A stretch of DNA of 64,000 nucleotides, from assembly GCA_963669175.1 (NCBI GenBank), contig OY769902.1, positions 1,152,001-1,216,000 of the forward strand. The letters are read 5' to 3'. Shown here piece after piece: positions 60,508 through 64,000 of the stretch. The translations under genes and the position numbers were made by a program. The notes beneath the pieces were generated by a model, which was not told where the DNA came from, did not search any database, and saw only the letters and a program-made list of their open reading frames with translations. Source of the DNA: a bacterium (lineage in GTDB: Bacteria > Electryoneota > Electryoneia > Electryoneales > Electryoneaceae). Position 1 is the stretch's first letter. The number at the start of each line of letters is the position of its first letter.

Positions 60508-63500
60508 CTATTTCAGCATGATCATCTTTCTGGTCAGGTTGACTCCATCGCCTTCAAGACGCACAAAATAAGTTCCCGACGCTACCGGCATCCCCTGATC
60601 GCTGTGCCCCTGCCAGATCACCTGCTGCCGTCCCGCCTGAACCACACCATCCATCAGTGTTGCCACTTTTCGTCCCAGAACATCATAGATCGCCAGGGTC
60701 ACTTCGGACGTGCGTGGTGCGGTGAAACTCAGCGTGGTTGAGGGATTGAACGGGTTGGGATAGGCGTTGTGCAGCTCCCAACTCAGGGGCTGTTCAATGG
60801 TTTTATCCGTCATACCGCTGAACTGGTAGTCGCAGACACGCATGGCGTAGACATCATCGCCTTCCTGTATACCGCCGGAGCCACGGTAGTCGGTCCAGGC
60901 GGTCAGCACGCCGCCTTCGCCATCAGGGACGGTTGCCAGGTCGGTCTGCCAGAATATGGCATCGGTAAGGCATGCACCATAGCCGATGTAATCCTCTGTT
61001 GCGAATGAACCGTCGGCCAGCAGATGTACATACCCCAGGTCGGAAGGGGAATTCTGGTAGTTTTCCGTCCAGAACAGGTACATACCTCCAGCTTCATCGG
61101 ATACTCCCTGAAAATCATACCGATAATAGTCTTCGGGAGTCTCGAGTTCGAGAAGTTGTCCCTCATACGGTTCAAGCAAGGCTGCGCCTTCAAAGGTGAA
61201 TTGCTGATAATAGATCTCGTTTTCAGTATCCAACTGCCAGCAAAGCCAGAATTCACCATCCCATTTATCCACCAGGACAAGCTCATTGATACCATAGTCA
61301 ACGGCGATTTCAACAGGGTTCTCCCAGGCTGGAGTACCATCATACTGGTAGGCAACAGCTCGGATCACATCGCTATCGGTGCATTCATGCCATGCACAGA
61401 TGATGCGATCTTCCCTTTGTGACAAACTTATATCGTAATAATGATAACTGGCTTCACTGTTCAAGGCGACTGGTTCATCCCAGAGGGCTTCACCATTTGT
61501 ATTAAAGAGTTGCAGGTTAAACGATCTGGTAACGCCTTGATGCAAAATGAAAGCAATGGCAATCGTCTCGTTGTCGAGCATCAGAATATCCCCGACAAGC
61601 ACATCAGCGTCGTCATACGCTATCATTGTCACTGGTACTCCATCATTAAGCAGCAGGTCGCCATCCTGGTTGAACTGTTGAGCAACAAGTTCCAGGTACC
61701 AGTCAAAACTTGATGCTTTCGAGAAGATATTCAGAACGGTCCCATCCTCAAGCAGGAAGGGGTTCGATTGACGGTATTCATTTGCTTCTTCAAAACTGGC
61801 ATCAGCAATTGTTACAGCGTCTTCTCCCCATACCATGTTCCCTGATTCATCGATGCGTCTTACAACAAGGTCACCGCAGTAATATTCATCCATAAGGGAA
61901 TAGAAAACATAGGCTCCCCCGTTCCCATCCGGACATATTTCTGTCTTGGTGTCATAGATGTCAACGTCTGCATAAACGTCGCCGGGCTCGGATACATTGA
62001 TGCCATTGGCTTCCCACATCGATTCCCCGCTAGCAAAATCCAGGCGTTGCATACAGACGCGCAGTCCGTTATCGCTATAGCGCCAGTCCACCCAACTGAC
62101 ATAGGCAGATTCACCGGACCTGACGATGCAATTGCCATAGGTGTGGTGATCAATGCCAGAGATAACGGTAACCGGTTCATCGCGTTCAATATTCCCGTTG
62201 GCAGGATCGAGAGAATTAAAGAATATCCCTCCGGCGTTCGGGCGCATATCTCTCCAGAAGATGTACGGGGTTCCGTTGACCAGTACCGGTTCTTGTGAAT
62301 TTGCGCACGGTGGATCGTCGGTTTCGAACATGATCGGATTGGAACCTTCCCATGCATAGCCCCCATCCTCATCGAGGTTGAAAATGGCTATGCTATAAGG
62401 ATTGTCTTGCGACCAGTCCTGAATGATAGTTGTGAAAAGAATTCCGGCATTGCTGTTCAACGTAACGTGTGGAAGGCCGAAGAAGTCGCCTGACTCCAAT
62501 TCAAAGGTAATACCACATTCATCCTCGCCCCATTGCGCGACAGGTAGCCCTTCTTCGATCGTATATCGTTGGCAACCTGTGTAGTTGTTGGTGTAATGCC
62601 AGGCTTTGTAGACTACAAACAGATCGCCATCAGGGGATACAATACAACAGGGATCAAAGCTTATCGGTACATCGGCTATAAGAACAGCGCCTTCATCCCC
62701 CCAGAGGACGTTGCCCTCACTGTCAATATGTTGACCAACAAAGGAATCGTCTGAATCTAATTCCAGGGTGATATATACACCGCTGTTTTCATCCGAAACC
62801 ACAGAAGTTATAGGGTCATAATTGATAGCATCCTCAGCGAGTAGGACAGGTTCTCCTTCGTTCCAAAGGGCGTTGCCTTCCGGGGAAAACGACTGGTAAT
62901 AGATGCGTGCATCAGCTTTTTGCCAGGCAATCACCAGGTTGTCGTCTGTTGTAATGTCCGCGCTGAACGAATAAGCGGTGTCCATAACAACTTCGTTGTT
63001 TTCCCAGGCAAACTCGCCGGCAGGAGTAATACGGTCGGCTCGAAGTTCACGATACCCGTTGTGCTGCGATAGAATGATCACATCACCATCTTCACATGTC
63101 AGCACGATTTCATTGAAATAGTCGTACCCGTTTTCTGTAACCAGGATGTCTTCATTCCAAAGTGTTGAGCCAATCGCATCGAGGCGTTGAATGGCAAACT
63201 GGTATCTCCCCCATTTATTTTCGTCGTTCCGATGATCCTGCCAGGCGATTAACCATTGATCATCACCGACATAAAAAACAGAGGGGTTTTGCTGGGCGAA
63301 TTCTCCGCTGGAAACGACAACCGGTTCGTCCCCCCACAGGGTGTTGCCGTCTTCGTCGTATTTCTGGGCGTAGATGTTTTGAGCGCCTGTGTGTGCATCA
63401 GACCAGGTAACCACAAAGTTACCGTCGTCATCCGTTGCAACTCCTGACATCATCCAGAAAATATGATGTCCCTGTCGTACCATAACCCCGTCTTCCGGTT

Positions 63501-63594
63501 CCCAAAGGTTGTACTGGGCGTTCGCTGACAGAGTAAGCAGGAGGAGTAACAGGAATAATGTAGAGTAGAAAAATCGTTTCGTCGGACCATTCAT
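60508..63594 (-). CDS. Array member 5, T9SS/FlgD CTD protein
   Basis: AAGGAG RBS, MNGPTKR signal peptide, CTD. Confidence 0.85.
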   Translation of the reverse strand: MNGPTKRFFYSTLFLLLLLLTLSANAQYNLWEPEDGVMVRQGHHIFWMMSGVATDDDGNFVVTWSDAHTGAQNIYAQKYDEDGNTLWGDEPVVVSSGEFAQQNPSVFYVGDDQWLIAWQDHRNDENKWGRYQFAIQRLDAIGSTLWNEDILVTENGYDYFNEIVLTCEDGDVIILSQHNGYRELRADRITPAGEFAWENNEVVMDTAYSFSADITTDDNLVIAWQKADARIYYQSFSPEGNALWNEGEPVLLAEDAINYDPITSVVSDENSGVYITLELDSDDSFVGQHIDSEGNVLWGDEGAVLIADVPISFDPCCIVSPDGDLFVVYKAWHYTNNYTGCQRYTIEEGLPVAQWGEDECGITFELESGDFFGLPHVTLNSNAGILFTTIIQDWSQDNPYSIAIFNLDEDGGYAWEGSNPIMFETDDPPCANSQEPVLVNGTPYIFWRDMRPNAGGIFFNSLDPANGNIERDEPVTVISGIDHHTYGNCIVRSGESAYVSWVDWRYSDNGLRVCMQRLDFASGESMWEANGINVSEPGDVYADVDIYDTKTEICPDGNGGAYVFYSLMDEYYCGDLVVRRIDESGNMVWGEDAVTIADASFEEANEYRQSNPFLLEDGTVLNIFSKASSFDWYLELVAQQFNQDGDLLLNDGVPVTMIAYDDADVLVGDILMLDNETIAIAFILHQGVTRSFNLQLFNTNGEALWDEPVALNSEASYHYYDISLSQREDRIICAWHECTDSDVIRAVAYQYDGTPAWENPVEIAVDYGINELVLVDKWDGEFWLCWQLDTENEIYYQQFTFEGAALLEPYEGQLLELETPEDYYRYDFQGVSDEAGGMYLFWTENYQNSPSDLGYVHLLADGSFATEDYIGYGACLTDAIFWQTDLATVPDGEGGVLTAWTDYRGSGGIQEGDDVYAMRVCDYQFSGMTDKTIEQPLSWELHNAYPNPFNPSTTLSFTAPRTSEVTLAIYDVLGRKVATLMDGVVQAGRQQVIWQGHSDQGMPVASGTYFVRLEGDGVNLTRKMIMLK

Positions 63595-63717
63595 AACAGA
63601 CTCCTTCCGTATACAAACCGGTTCTCTTCGTTGCAGATTATGATGTTTTTTTATTGGGATATGTCGGTATGCCCTGCAAAAGCAGGGCATACCAGTGAAT
63701 GTTATCTTGCGAAAAAG

Positions 63718-64000
63718 TTACTTCAGCAACACCATCTTTCTGGTCAGGTTGACACCGTCACCTTCCAGACGCACAAAATAAGTTCCGGACGCTACCGGCA
63801 TACCTTGATCACTGTGTCCCTGCCAGATCACCTGCTGCCGTCCCGCCTGCACCACACCGTCCATAAGTGTCGCCACTTTACGGCCCAACACATCATAGAC
63901 CGCGAGGGTCACTTCGGACGTGCGTGGCGCGGTGAAACTCAGCGTGGTTGAAGGATTGAACGGGTTCGGATACGCTCCGTGCAATTCCCAGGAAACAGGC
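63718..64000 (-). CDS. Array member 6 (CTD only; gene continues beyond the window)
   Basis: PVSWELHGAYPNPFN...KMVLLK, nearly identical to the other CTDs. Confidence 0.8.
   Translation of the reverse strand, partial: PVSWELHGAYPNPFNPSTTLSFTAPRTSEVTLAVYDVLGRKVATLMDGVVQAGRQQVIWQGHSDQGMPVASGTYFVRLEGDGVNLTRKMVLLK

Noticed and set aside
45304-64000. Diversity-generating retroelement (repeated CTD segments as TR/VR)
   Set aside because: No reverse transcriptase in the window, and the differences between copies are not adenine-specific.

Overview
Bacterial genomic window, most likely from an FCB-group organism (inferred from a PorV-like gene, about 14 proteins ending in a T9SS type-A/FlgD-like sorting domain, and a Bacteroidota-style LptD). 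Housekeeping genes (cdaA, long-chain acyl-CoA ligase, plsC, cmk, lptD-like, rarA, transporters, a YtrA/GntR-ABC operon) are interspersed with many secreted CTD proteins and several non-autonomous repeat families. Main observations: (1) Two almost identical 1801-bp elements (43509-45309 and 52369-54169) each carry two DUF1670-like genes and subterminal inverted repeats, with no recognisable DDE transposase. Both sit at the same position inside the last codons (Leu|Lys-stop) of T9SS-cargo genes, and the element end re-supplies Lys-stop. This looks like an undescribed, site-specific, harmless-insertion mobile element, possibly driven by divergent tyrosine recombinases. (2) A secreted Omp28/thioredoxin-fold selenoprotein missed by the ORF track (W-U-P-Y-C, in-frame TGA at 24744 with a SECIS-like hairpin) lies next to a CxxC paralog. 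(3) An ORF-less class IIC group II intron is inserted after a terminator between those two genes. (4) A pentaheme cytochrome c carries a T9SS CTD. (5) A tandem array of at least six ~1000-aa cargo paralogs has homogenised CTD-coding DNA. All family assignments come from motif recognition by eye; no searches were run.
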